DNA of 64,000 nucleotides from an uncultured Chloroflexia bacterium (GTDB lineage Bacteria > Chloroflexota > UBA6077 > JACCZL01): assembly GCA_963765765.1 (NCBI GenBank), contig CAVXYC010000014.1, positions 32,001 through 96,000 of the forward strand, given 5' to 3'. The notes beneath the pieces were generated by a model that saw only the letters and a list, made by a program, of their open reading frames with translations, was not told where the DNA came from and did no database searches. Below are positions 31,851 to 41,714 of the stretch, piece by piece (positions within the stretch are counted from its first letter, which is position 1; each line of letters starts with the position of its first letter). The translations under genes and the position numbers were made by a program.

Positions 31851-31914
31851 AAGGCCGACCTGAGCGGCGACGCATTGAACACGCCAGCACGGATGCTCGG
31901 AAAGTCTTCGTGGG

Positions 31915-31944
31915 TTTACAGGGCGGATGGCTTATGAGTACAAT
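31915..31944 (+). promoter_or_regulatory. Sigma70-like promoter
   Basis: TTTACA-N18-TACAAT. Confidence 0.5.
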
Positions 31945-31971
31945 GGTGATTAGTGAAAGGAGGTGGTGCTT

Positions 31972-32019
31972 ATGAGTAGTCACAGTACGAAGGGCATCTG
32001 GGAGGTTTTCCCCTCCTAA
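31972..32019 (+). CDS. Putative 15-aa small ORF MSSHSTKGIWEVFPS
   Basis: Strong Shine-Dalgarno AAAGGAGGTG 6 nt upstream of ATG; lies between the promoter and terminator. Confidence 0.4.
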   Translation: MSSHSTKGIWEVFPS

Positions 32020-32082
32020 GGTTCCACCCAGGGAGGGGGACCTTTCTTAGATGCCCTTCCCTCGTGCACTAGAGCACGAGCG

Positions 32083-32119
32083 AAACGCCCGCTCACGATG
32101 ATCGTGAGCGGGCGTTTTG
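32083..32119 (+). terminator. Intrinsic terminator-like hairpin
   Basis: AAACGCCCGCTCACGAT-G-ATCGTGAGCGGGCGTTTT. Confidence 0.7.
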
Positions 32120-32179
32120 ATTGTCCTGGTTGACGGCGCCTGTACGAGTAGAACGGTGAATGAATGGCAGATGAAGTGA

Positions 32180-32887
32180 ATGCAGCACGGTAGCGTGCTG
32201 GTGGTGATGGCGCATCCGGATGACGCGGAGTTCATGTGCGCTGGCACGATAGCCAGGTGGACCCAGGAAGGTCGGCGGGTGGACTACGTCCTGTGCACCA
32301 GCGGAGATAAGGGAACGTCTGATCCGACGGTGAGCCCCACGGTCCTTGCTGAGATTCGCATGCGCGAGCAGCGAGCAGCTTGCGACGTGCTGGGCGTTAG
32401 TGAGATCGCGTTTCTAGGCCACGAAGACGGAATTCTCGAACCCACACTTGAGCTCCGCCGCGAGATCGTTCGCGAGATTCGACGCTTCCGACCAGCCATC
32501 GTTGTCTGTCAGGATCCAACGACGCGGTGGACTGCGCAGCAGTATCTAAACCATCCGGATCATCGCGCCGCGGGAAGCGCCACGCTGGACTCCGTCTATC
32601 CATCGGCACGCGATCCGCTGGTTTTTCCGGATTTACTGGCGGCGGGTTTCGAACCGCACAAGGTGGAGGAGCTGTTCATCGGTGGCACGTCCAGCCCTGA
32701 CAAGTGGGTAGATATCGGTCCCACGATTGACGTCAAGGTGGAAGCACTTCGGCGCCATAACAGTCAGATCAATAATGGACAGCGCGACCGCGATATCTCT
32801 GAATTCATCTGCGAGCGAGCACGCGCTGTAGCTGAAGGCCAGAGCATAGAGTTCGCGGAAGCGTTTAAGTACATGCGGCTCCGGTAA
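32180..32887 (+). CDS. PIG-L/LmbE family deacetylase
   Basis: AHPDDAE, TSGDKG, R.REQ..A..VLG, NHPDHRAAG. Confidence 0.9.
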   Translation: MQHGSVLVVMAHPDDAEFMCAGTIARWTQEGRRVDYVLCTSGDKGTSDPTVSPTVLAEIRMREQRAACDVLGVSEIAFLGHEDGILEPTLELRREIVREIRRFRPAIVVCQDPTTRWTAQQYLNHPDHRAAGSATLDSVYPSARDPLVFPDLLAAGFEPHKVEELFIGGTSSPDKWVDIGPTIDVKVEALRRHNSQINNGQRDRDISEFICERARAVAEGQSIEFAEAFKYMRLR

Positions 32888-32940
32888 AATTCCCATCGCT
32901 GGCAATTCTGCCGATGAACCATCCCGAAGGATCACAAGAC

Positions 32941-34182
32941 ATGGACGAGCGAGCATACGACGTCGCGATTGTTGGTGGAGGCATAGTTGGGCTCGCCACG
33001 GCGATGGAGCTGCTTCGCCGTCATCCAGACTTCAAACTAGCGCTGGTCGAGAAAGAGCGGGAGCTGGCCCAGCACCAAACCGGACGCAATAGCGGTGTTA
33101 TTCACTCAGGCGTGTACTACACGCCTGGATCGCTGAAGGCTCAACTCTGTGTCACTGGCGCGCGCATGATGCGCGAGTTCTGCGATCAGCACGACATTCC
33201 CTACAACATTTGCGGGAAGGTCATCGTGGCCACCGAGCCGGATGAGCTGCCGAGGCTCGAGAACATCTACGAGCGCGGGCAGAAGAACGGCGTCCCAGGA
33301 CTCGAGATGATCGGTCCAGAGCGGCTCAAGGAGATTGAGCCGTACTGCGTAGGACTCAAGGCGCTCTATTCCCCGCAGACGGGAATCGTTGACTACAAGC
33401 GCGTTGCCGCAGCATATGCCGACGACATCGAGCAGCACGGCGGCGTTATTCGAATGGGATTTGAAGTCGAAAAGATCCGAAAACTGTCTGACGGGGTATT
33501 GCTGGAGTCGTCGACAGGTGACATCCGTGCAAAGCACCTAGTCACGTGCGCCGGCCAGTACTCGGATAAAGTTGCGATGATGACGGCGGCGCCGCAGGAC
33601 CCGGCGATTGTGCCGTTCCGCGGTGATTATTGGGTGCTCCGTCCCGAGCGAACGTATCTCGCAAAGGCGCTGATCTATCCCGTTCCGGACCCACAGCTGC
33701 CATTCCTCGGCGTTCACTTCACTCTGCGAATGGATGGATCACAGTGGCTCGGTCCCAACGCTGTGCTGGCCTTTGCTCGTGAGGGCTATCAATTCAGCGA
33801 CGTCAATCCGAAGGAGCTCAGCGAGACGCTGGCCTACCCGGGCTTCTGGCGCATGGCACAGCAATGGTGGAAGACCGGACTCGAGGAGATGTACCGCGAC
33901 CTCTCCAAAGCTGAGTTCGTTCGCTCTCTCCAGCGCTACGTTCCGGAAGTTCAGCCGGACGATGTTCTCCCTGGTCCTGCCGGAGTGCGCGCTCAGGCCC
34001 TGTCAGAAGACGGCAAGCTTGTGGACGATTTCATCCTGCACCATCGTGAGAATGTCATCCACGTTCGCAACGCTCCGTCTCCGGCAGCGACGTCCTCACT
34101 CGCGATTGCTCGGCTGATCGCCGATACGGCCGACCGCTCGTTTAACTTTGAATCGAGCAAAGTCGTAACGGCGAGCGTCTAA
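32941..34182 (+). CDS. lhgO: L-2-hydroxyglutarate oxidase
   Basis: GGGIVGLA, HQTGRNSGVIHSGVYYTPGSLKA, YPVPDP.LPFLGVHFT, NAPSPAATSSLAI. Confidence 0.92.
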   Translation: MDERAYDVAIVGGGIVGLATAMELLRRHPDFKLALVEKERELAQHQTGRNSGVIHSGVYYTPGSLKAQLCVTGARMMREFCDQHDIPYNICGKVIVATEPDELPRLENIYERGQKNGVPGLEMIGPERLKEIEPYCVGLKALYSPQTGIVDYKRVAAAYADDIEQHGGVIRMGFEVEKIRKLSDGVLLESSTGDIRAKHLVTCAGQYSDKVAMMTAAPQDPAIVPFRGDYWVLRPERTYLAKALIYPVPDPQLPFLGVHFTLRMDGSQWLGPNAVLAFAREGYQFSDVNPKELSETLAYPGFWRMAQQWWKTGLEEMYRDLSKAEFVRSLQRYVPEVQPDDVLPGPAGVRAQALSEDGKLVDDFILHHRENVIHVRNAPSPAATSSLAIARLIADTADRSFNFESSKVVTASV

Positions 34183-34196
34183 CCCCGCGCTCTAGA

Positions 34197-34288
34197 CTGC
34201 GGCGGTCTTCGCCGCTTTCTAGCGAGGCTGGAAGCCGTCCTCGGTGTCGCTCCGCTCGGTGCCAACGCGGCGAAGAGCTCCGCGGTCC
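34197..34288. repeat. REP-like palindromic repeat, copy 2
   Basis: CTGCGGCGGTCTTCGCCGCTTT...GCGGCGAAGAG; colinear with 4089-4180; lies between convergent genes. Confidence 0.8.
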
Positions 34289-34330
34289 GAAGTCCGCGGC
34301 GCTTCGCGCAGGCACTCCAAAAGCGGACGG

Positions 34331-35419
34331 TTAGAGTCCGCTGAATCCAAGGAAAGCCGCACCGCATTCATGTCCATAGGCACGGCGGACGTTTGTGGCG
34401 ACGCGCTGATTGTTGTAATCGCGCAGGTTCTCGTTCAGTGTGCCGTCAAGCCAGTGCGTCGGACGTCGTTTTCCGTTCGGTCCCTGCAGCTCAGACCAAT
34501 AGCGTGCTGTGACTTCGAATGCCTCGATCTCCATCTCATAGCATCCCATATCAACCTCGAGCACACCCGCGTTGATCATCTGCTTGGCATGAGTGAGCTC
34601 ATGCAGCAGGACGGCGGCAATTGACTCGGGCGGCGCATCCATGACAGCCTGGGCAAGCTGGATCGTGTAATAACGAAACATGTGAACGCCAAGAACGCCG
34701 CGAGGGAGATTGGCCACGCCAATCTCAACGGGGAACTCGTTGACCGCCGCGAGAACTTCTTTGCCCATCGGCGTCTCTTCAAGCGCGTGCAGGATTGGGA
34801 CAACGCTCGGATTCACCGGGTAGCCGCCAAAGGTAGCACCTTCCGGCAAATAGACTTCTGAGCTCTGAGTCTCAGCCCATAACCCCCAGCGATTTGCGAT
34901 GGCAGCGGCTTGTTCATCGGCATAGAGCCTGACGAAGGGATGGGTCGCGTGCGGATAGACCCAGGTCATTCCGGATCGAAGAAGCTCCGCGCCGGCGGGC
35001 GCGTCTAGCATCTGTTGGCGGTACACATGTCGGTACACCCATTGGCCGTTGGGTGGATCGGCCGCACCGGGTTGCACTTCGAGCAACACCTTCGATCCTA
35101 CGGGAAGGAGCTGTGCTTGCGACTGTGTTGCCTTCTGGTGCCACACGCCTCCGTCCTGATCGGGCGTAGGACCAATGACGCCCACGTGCCAGACACGGAA
35201 CCGTTCGCCGGACGGAACTCGGACCTGGACGACTTCAGGCCCGATCACCCGGTCGATAACCGCCCAGCCATCGGACTGCGCGGTAGCCCAGGCTTCCTCA
35301 TCCCCAGCCAGGGTACGGGCTCGTTCCCCAATCGCAATCGTGGGTGACGCGGGCTGAATGAATATGAGCGCCAGCGCCAGCAGCACGGGAAACGAACGAA
35401 AAAGAGTCTTCACAGGCAA
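34331..35419 (-). CDS. Secreted protein: degenerate thermonuclease (SNase)-like domain plus HExxH zincin-like domain
   Basis: Signal peptide; VIDRVIGPEVVQV...RVWHVGV...LLPVGSKVLLE...AELLRSG.....A..Q..A.....GLWA; LLHELTHAKQ...EMEIEAF. Confidence 0.65.
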   Translation of the reverse strand: MPVKTLFRSFPVLLALALIFIQPASPTIAIGERARTLAGDEEAWATAQSDGWAVIDRVIGPEVVQVRVPSGERFRVWHVGVIGPTPDQDGGVWHQKATQSQAQLLPVGSKVLLEVQPGAADPPNGQWVYRHVYRQQMLDAPAGAELLRSGMTWVYPHATHPFVRLYADEQAAAIANRWGLWAETQSSEVYLPEGATFGGYPVNPSVVPILHALEETPMGKEVLAAVNEFPVEIGVANLPRGVLGVHMFRYYTIQLAQAVMDAPPESIAAVLLHELTHAKQMINAGVLEVDMGCYEMEIEAFEVTARYWSELQGPNGKRRPTHWLDGTLNENLRDYNNQRVATNVRRAYGHECGAAFLGFSGL

Positions 35420-35554
35420 GTCCCCTAGAGTGTGCGTCTTTCCATAGTCCTTGGATCTATCTCAGTACGTTAACGCCTGAAACGGCGGAGGCGTTCCGAG
35501 TATTCCCTGATGCCAGATTGATTCTCGACGTTTCATCGGAGCGCGATAGGTGCA

Positions 35555-36889
35555 TCAATCTCGCGACTGTCCCCGCCGCTTGGCAAGGTCCAGACCAAGC
35601 TGGCGTTCTCGTCCCTCCTCAGAGCCTTTGTAGAACTCAGCTAAAACTCCGTCGGGCAAGTATTGCTGGGACGCCCAATGCCGAGGAAAATCGTGCGGGT
35701 ACTTGTAGTCACGCCCATAACCGAGTGAATCGGCGCCTCGGAATGAGGCGTTGCGCAGGTGTAGCGGAACCTCTGTGTTGGCGCCGGATTCAATCGCCTG
35801 CTTCGCCGCGTGGAGCGCCACGCCGACTGCGTTGGACTTTGGAGCGAGCGCCAGGTAAAGCGTCGCCTGGCCCAGCGTGTACTCCACTTCCGGGTAACCA
35901 ACCAGCTCCGCTGCTTGGGCAGCAGCCGTGGCAAGCACAAGCGCTTGAGGATCCGCGTTGCCAATATCTTCTGAGGCCAGAATAACCATGCGCCGAGTGA
36001 TGAAGCGAATGTCCTCGCCGGCAAGGAGCATCTTGGCCAGCCAGAATATCGCGGCATCTGGATCCGACCCGCGCACCGACTTGATGTAGGCGGAGATCGT
36101 CTGGTAGTGATCGTCCGCCTGCTTGTCGTACCGAAGATTTCGGGCCTGGAGTGCATCGCGGATGTCCTGATCTCGTATCTCCGCCTGGGATTGCGATGTC
36201 ACCGCGTTCGCCGATGCCTCCAGCACGTTCAAGGCTGAGCGTGCATCTCCGGCGGCGCTCGCCACCAGGAGGTCCAATGCCTCAGGAGCAATCGTCAATC
36301 GGAGCTTGCCTAACCCGCGCTCAGGATCCTCTATGGCGCGGCTGACAATAGTGCGAACGTCGTCGTCAGAAAGTGGCTCCAATCGAAACAAGCGCAGTCG
36401 GGAACGCAACGGCGCGATGATGTCGAAATAGGGATTCTCACTGGTCACGCCAATGAGCGTCACCAGGCCCTCCTCCACGTGAGGCAAGAGTGCAGCCTGC
36501 TGTGACTTGGACCAGCGATGGATCTCGTCAACGATCAGCACCGTACGTGCACCCGTGGCGCGTATCTGACGCGCGTTGGCAATGATCTGCTTCAGATCCG
36601 CAACACCTTCTGTCACGGCGCTTATCGTCCGCACTTCGGCATTCGTTGACGCGGCAATGAGCTGTGCCAGCGTGGTCTTTCCGCTACCTGGTGGGCCCCA
36701 CAGCACAAGTGAGCCGGTCTGACCAGACTCGATTGCTCTGCGCAGGGGATGGCCGGACGCAAGGATTCGCTCATGCCCCACCATGTCCGACAAGATCTGG
36801 GGGCGTATGCGCGCAGCTAAGGGCTGCTCTATCGCAGACTGGTCAACCAGGAGCGATGGCTGAAACGAGGAGCCGTGCAATCGTGCCAT
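35555..36889 (-). CDS. rarA: Replication-associated recombination protein A
   Basis: PLAARIRP, WGPPGSGKTT, VDEIHRW, SENPYF, ISAYIKSVRGSDPDAA, ASEDIGNADP. Confidence 0.95.
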   Translation of the reverse strand: MARLHGSSFQPSLLVDQSAIEQPLAARIRPQILSDMVGHERILASGHPLRRAIESGQTGSLVLWGPPGSGKTTLAQLIAASTNAEVRTISAVTEGVADLKQIIANARQIRATGARTVLIVDEIHRWSKSQQAALLPHVEEGLVTLIGVTSENPYFDIIAPLRSRLRLFRLEPLSDDDVRTIVSRAIEDPERGLGKLRLTIAPEALDLLVASAAGDARSALNVLEASANAVTSQSQAEIRDQDIRDALQARNLRYDKQADDHYQTISAYIKSVRGSDPDAAIFWLAKMLLAGEDIRFITRRMVILASEDIGNADPQALVLATAAAQAAELVGYPEVEYTLGQATLYLALAPKSNAVGVALHAAKQAIESGANTEVPLHLRNASFRGADSLGYGRDYKYPHDFPRHWASQQYLPDGVLAEFYKGSEEGRERQLGLDLAKRRGQSRD

Positions 36890-36958
36890 GCTAATTTGAT
36901 TCTAGCGCCTGCCCACTACGGTGGTGGTCATAATTCGATGAATCAAAGGAGTGGTCCA

Positions 36959-38237
36959 ATGCCGGATGGCGTCGATGTGACCATCGACCGGGAAGAGCTC
37001 GCGACGCTTGTCGACGAGCTGGGGCAGATAGGCCACCTGGGTAACGGGGGCGTGTTCAGGCCGGTGTACGGTGAGGCCTGGACAGAGGCGATGGCGACCA
37101 TCGAACGCTGGGCGGCAGAACGTGGATTAGCAGCTCGCCGAGATGCCGTGGGCAATCGCTACGCCCGTCTGGCTGGGAACGAATCGCAGAACGTCATCCT
37201 GGTTGGCTCGCATATCGACTCTGTTCGCTCTGGCGGTCGTTTCGATGGCGCGCTGGGCATCATCAGCGGATTGCTGGCACTCGCGGCTTTGCGCCGTCAG
37301 CTCGGTGCGCCGCGCACCTCCATTGAGATTGTGGCGCTATGCGAGGAAGAGGGCAGTCGGTTCCACGCCAATTTCCTGGGTAGCCGTGCCATTACGGGGT
37401 TGCTCCAGGCTGAAGAGCTGGAACACATCACCGATACGGACGGCGTCAGTATTGCTTCAGCTATGGGTCGGATAGGTCTCGATCCCTCGCTCATGCACGA
37501 AGCTCGGCGGACGGACCTTCAGGCTTACATCGAGCTCCATATAGAACAGGGTCGAGTGCTCCAGGACCTCGGGTTGCCCATTGGTCTCGTGCACACGATC
37601 ACTGGCATACGTCATCTGGAGATGAGGGTCTCAGGACAAGTCGACCATGCCGGCACCACTCCGATGCACCTTCGCCGCGACGCCGGACTGGCCGCCGCTG
37701 AGATGATGCTCGCCGCTGCCCGCGCGGCAGAAGAAGTCGGCCCGCCGGCCGTGGCCACGGTTGGACAGATGACGCTCGGTCCGGGTGCGATCAACATCGT
37801 TCCCGGATCGGCGCAATTCACGATGGACACTCGGCACCCCGACGCTCACACGTTGGCAGGCCTAGTGCGTGCCATTGAAACCGCCTGCCTCGGACATCGC
37901 CGAGCTCCGCCAGGTGGAGCTCGCCATCACACCACTCGTAGATGTGGCTCCAGCACCCATGGACGAGGCGCTCATGAACGTTCTTCGGAGCGCTGTGTCG
38001 GCTCGCGGCTTCCGCGCTCATGAAATGCCAAGTGGGGCAGGCCATGACGCCCAGATCATGGCCACTCGAGTTCCTTCGGCCATGATCTTCGTACCGAGCA
38101 GGGATGGCCGCAGCCATTGCCCTGAAGAGTACACAACGCCCGAAGACGCCGTTCGTGGTGTGCAGGTGCTCGCGGAAGCCCTGCGGCAAATGGCGTATCA
38201 GGCGGTCTCTCTACTTCGCCCGAATGGCCTCGTCTAA
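36959..38237 (+). CDS. M20 Zn-dependent amidohydrolase (allantoate amidohydrolase/N-carbamoylase family), frameshift near 37890
   Basis: GSHIDSV..GG.FDG.LG, EEEGSRF, ELHIEQG, HAGTTPM..RRDA, SGAGHDA, SHCPEE. Confidence 0.9.
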
Positions 38238-40415
38238 CACGTCAGCCAGGTGCCTCACCTTCATGGGACTCCCCGCCGCGTCGAGCGCCCCCTGCATGTG
38301 CATGACGCAGCCCGGGTTGTCTGCGACGATCGTGGTCGCCCCGGTCGCTCGGGCGTTTTCGAGCTTGCGTGCCAGGACGCGACGTGAAACCTCGGGGTGC
38401 TCGATGGAGAACGTTCCTCCGAAGCCGCAACACACCGTAGAGTCCGTCATTTCGCACAACTCGGCGCTCATCACACCGCGGAGCAACCTACGAGCCTCGT
38501 CCTTCAGCCCCAGGCAGTTATGAGATTGGCAGGCATCGTGATAGGTGATGGACCCGTTTAATCGACCTGAGAGAACGCCATCGTTCAGATTGGCGTCCTG
38601 ACCGACGTACTCCGTAAACGTGCGGACCCGCTCGGCCAGCTTCTTCGCTCGAGCATGCCATTCCGGATCGTCCGCAAAAATGTGACCGTAGTCCTGCAAT
38701 AACATGGCCGCGCAGCTTGTGGACGTCGACACAATCACGTCCGCATCGCTCTTTTCGAGCGCTTCGATCGTCTCTTGAGCCAGATCGATGGCTCCCGCCA
38801 GATCGCCAGCATTGCTTGCCACGAGCCCACAGCAGCGCCAGCCACCCAGCATGCTGACGCTGCAGCCAAGCGACTGCAGCACACGCACGGCGGCCTCACC
38901 TGTTTCCGGATGCAGATGATCGGTCATGCAGCCGGGGAAATAGGCCACACGCTGCCCTGAAACCTCCGACTCGAGTTTCGGTGAGCTCGATGGGGCGGCC
39001 TGTGAGGCCGCTCCGTTTGTCAGATGACGCAAACGCTTCCTGAGAGGGCGCTCCGCCAGTCCGGGCAAACTACGCCACTCGGTGAGCCGTTCCATGAATG
39101 GAAGCTTCCGAATCAGTCCGTCTTCCCCGACGAACGGTTTCTGAGCGAGTCGACCCAGAGCTTGCGCCGCGCCATTGGTGAGTCCTGTCACAACGGCGCG
39201 CTTCTTCAACGGCAAGCCGTGCTCGGCGACGTACTTCTGGCGAACGTCGATGATCTGCTGTGGAATCGGGATACCGACGGGACAGACCTTTTCGCAGGCG
39301 TTGCAGCTCATGCACAAGCTCTGTGGGCCGCCCGCCGCCTCGATACCGTGATGAATATCGGTGACAACCAAACCAATCGGGCCGGTGTAGATATGGCCGA
39401 ATGCCTGACCGCCTACCTCCTGGTACGGCGGACAAACGTTTGAGCAGGCACCGCATTTGATGCAGTGCAGGGCCTCGCGAAATAGCGGATCTTCGCGCGC
39501 AGCCATGCGCCCGTTATCCAGCAGGATGATGTGCTGCTCGACCGGGCCGTGGACACCCACGGCGAGCGCCAGCTCAATATCAGCCGTTCGGCTGGGCCCG
39601 GTAATAAAGGAGACGTAGCTCGTCTGGCGTTGTCCGGTGGCATTGCGAGAGAGAATCTTGAGGATGCTCAGCGCGTCGTCCATGGATGGGACGATTTTCT
39701 CCACACCCACCATGGCCACGTGAACCGGCGGCAACGTCGTGCAGAGTCGACCATTGCCCTCATTGCTCACGATGACAATCCCACCCGTCTCGGCAATGGC
39801 GATGTTTGCGCCGGAGATGCCCATGCCCGCGTTTACAAAATCCTGTCGAAGCTGCTCGCGAGCGACTTTGACGAGAGGATCAAGCTCGGGAGGGACCTCC
39901 CTGCCGATATGTTTTGAGAAGAGCTCTGAAATCTCCTCTCTCGTCTTGTGGATGGCCGGAGCAATCAAGTGCGATGGTCGCTCGTGCGCGAGCTGAATGA
40001 TCCACTCGCCTAGATCTGTCTCCACGGCTCGTACGCCCTGTCGCTCGAGATAGTGATTGATCTCTACCTCTTCAGAGACCATCGACTTACTCTTCACCGC
40101 AAGCGTCACGTTATGTCGACGAGCGATGTCTCCGACGATGCGGCAGGCATCCTCGGCCGTCTTTGCTCTATGGACAACCGTACCCACCTCTTCAGCACGC
40201 TCAGTAAAGAGTCGGATAAGCTCGGGCAGTCGTTCAATCGCGTCCGCCTTGAGCGCGTAAAGCTGCTTCTGAATCTCGCCGAAATCGTCGCTTCCGATCG
40301 CCTTGATGCGACGTTCGCGAAACGCGGGCAACGCGCGCCCTAGCGCGACAGGCACAGTCGATGACTCGAGTGCCTTCTGCAGTCGCTCCTTGAACGGCGC
40401 AACGGTACCGGACAT
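38211..40415 (-). CDS. lutB: LutB/LldF-type LUD + 4Fe-4S protein fused to a LutA/GlcF-like CCG domain
   Basis: KSKSMVSEE, ETDLGEWIIQL, GPSRTADIE, CIKCGACSNVCP, CMSCNACEKVCP, then YFPGC, CCG, YHDAC, CCGFGGTFS. Confidence 0.88.
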   Translation of the reverse strand: MSGTVAPFKERLQKALESSTVPVALGRALPAFRERRIKAIGSDDFGEIQKQLYALKADAIERLPELIRLFTERAEEVGTVVHRAKTAEDACRIVGDIARRHNVTLAVKSKSMVSEEVEINHYLERQGVRAVETDLGEWIIQLAHERPSHLIAPAIHKTREEISELFSKHIGREVPPELDPLVKVAREQLRQDFVNAGMGISGANIAIAETGGIVIVSNEGNGRLCTTLPPVHVAMVGVEKIVPSMDDALSILKILSRNATGQRQTSYVSFITGPSRTADIELALAVGVHGPVEQHIILLDNGRMAAREDPLFREALHCIKCGACSNVCPPYQEVGGQAFGHIYTGPIGLVVTDIHHGIEAAGGPQSLCMSCNACEKVCPVGIPIPQQIIDVRQKYVAEHGLPLKKRAVVTGLTNGAAQALGRLAQKPFVGEDGLIRKLPFMERLTEWRSLPGLAERPLRKRLRHLTNGAASQAAPSSSPKLESEVSGQRVAYFPGCMTDHLHPETGEAAVRVLQSLGCSVSMLGGWRCCGLVASNAGDLAGAIDLAQETIEALEKSDADVIVSTSTSCAAMLLQDYGHIFADDPEWHARAKKLAERVRTFTEYVGQDANLNDGVLSGRLNGSITYHDACQSHNCLGLKDEARRLLRGVMSAELCEMTDSTVCCGFGGTFSIEHPEVSRRVLARKLENARATGATTIVADNPGCVMHMQGALDAAGSPMKVRHLADVLDEAIRAK

Positions 40416-40579
40416 ATCTGCTCCGAAGAGTGGAATGAGGGGATATTAGCTCATGAGGAGTCCAGCCTTTGGACTCCGGCGTAGATTGCGGCCTTATTGC
40501 GACTTCCTCCCCGTTCCGTCTACCATTTCAAGCGCTCCCCAATTTAGCCGCGCCCTATTGCCACGTCCTCGGAGGACCG

Positions 40580-41674
40580 ATGAACCTGCGCACGCCCGGC
40601 CCTACTCCACTGCCCATGACGGTCCGCGAGGTACTCTCGCGCGACATGATCAACCATCGCAGTCCAGAGTTTGCCGCGATGCTCAAAGAATGCACAGAGA
40701 GCCTCAAGACGCTCTTCCAGACGAAGAACGACCTGATGATTCTCACATCCTCCGGCACTGGCGGCCTAGAAGCTTCCATCAGCAACTTCTTCTCGCCCGG
40801 CGATCGCGTGTTGGCCGTATCCATTGGCTATTTCGGTGACCGCTGGTCCAGCATCGCCAAGGCGTTTGGGCTGGATGTGGTGGACCTTCGGTACGAAGAA
40901 GGGCAGGCAGCCAATCCGCAGGAGATCGCGGACACGCTGAAGGCCGATCCCAAGATCAGCGCCGTGCTGGTGACCCACAACGAGACTTCAACGGGCGTAA
41001 CGAATGACCTCGAGTCCATCGCGAAGGTCGTCAAAGGCGCCGATCGATTGTTCCTGGTGGATGGCATCAGCTCCATTGGCTCTATCGATCTGAAGACCGA
41101 TGAGTGGGACGTCGACGTCATCATCAGCGGATCGCAAAAGTCGTGGATGTCACCTCCAGGCATTGCGATCGTTTCGGCGAGTGAGCGCGCCTGGGAAGCA
41201 AACAAAACAGCCAAGTGTCCGCGCTTCTACTTTGACCTCGCGGCGGCACGAAAGTCCGCGGTCAACGGTGAGACACCCTGGACGCCGGGCATGAGCACCT
41301 TCTATGCAATCCAGGAAGCTCTACGCATGCTTATGCAGGAAGGGCTGGAGAACATCCTTGCCCGACATCACCGCGTGGCGGAGTACACCCGCCAGGGTCT
41401 CAAAGAGATCGGCATGTCCCTCTTCCCAGCCGATCCCGCGAGAGCCTCGGATACCGTGACTGCTTTCCTGACTCCCGGAGGCGTGCCGGCGCGCACAGTG
41501 CAATCGCGGCTCCGAGATGACTACGACATCGAGATTGCTGAGGGCCGTGGGGAGCTTGCTTCGCGCATGCTGCGTATCGGTCATCTCGGCTGGGTGCACG
41601 AGGACGACATCAAGCCCGTGCTCCAAGCGCTGAAGGTTGTCGTGGCCGACTACGGAGTTGCCGCGCCAGCCTAG
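40580..41674 (+). CDS. Class V PLP aminotransferase (alanine-glyoxylate/serine-pyruvate family)
   Basis: TPGPTP, INHRSPEF, HNETSTGV, VDGISS, GSQKSWMSPPG, RIGHLG. Confidence 0.92.
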   Translation: MNLRTPGPTPLPMTVREVLSRDMINHRSPEFAAMLKECTESLKTLFQTKNDLMILTSSGTGGLEASISNFFSPGDRVLAVSIGYFGDRWSSIAKAFGLDVVDLRYEEGQAANPQEIADTLKADPKISAVLVTHNETSTGVTNDLESIAKVVKGADRLFLVDGISSIGSIDLKTDEWDVDVIISGSQKSWMSPPGIAIVSASERAWEANKTAKCPRFYFDLAAARKSAVNGETPWTPGMSTFYAIQEALRMLMQEGLENILARHHRVAEYTRQGLKEIGMSLFPADPARASDTVTAFLTPGGVPARTVQSRLRDDYDIEIAEGRGELASRMLRIGHLGWVHEDDIKPVLQALKVVVADYGVAAPA

Positions 41675-41714
41675 CTCACATCACCCTCAACGCGTTAAGG
41701 GTATAGGGTAGCTC

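Noticed and set aside
31955-31968. 16S rRNA 3'-end fragment on the minus strand
   Set aside because: The match is limited to the anti-Shine-Dalgarno complement; there is no flanking rRNA sequence.
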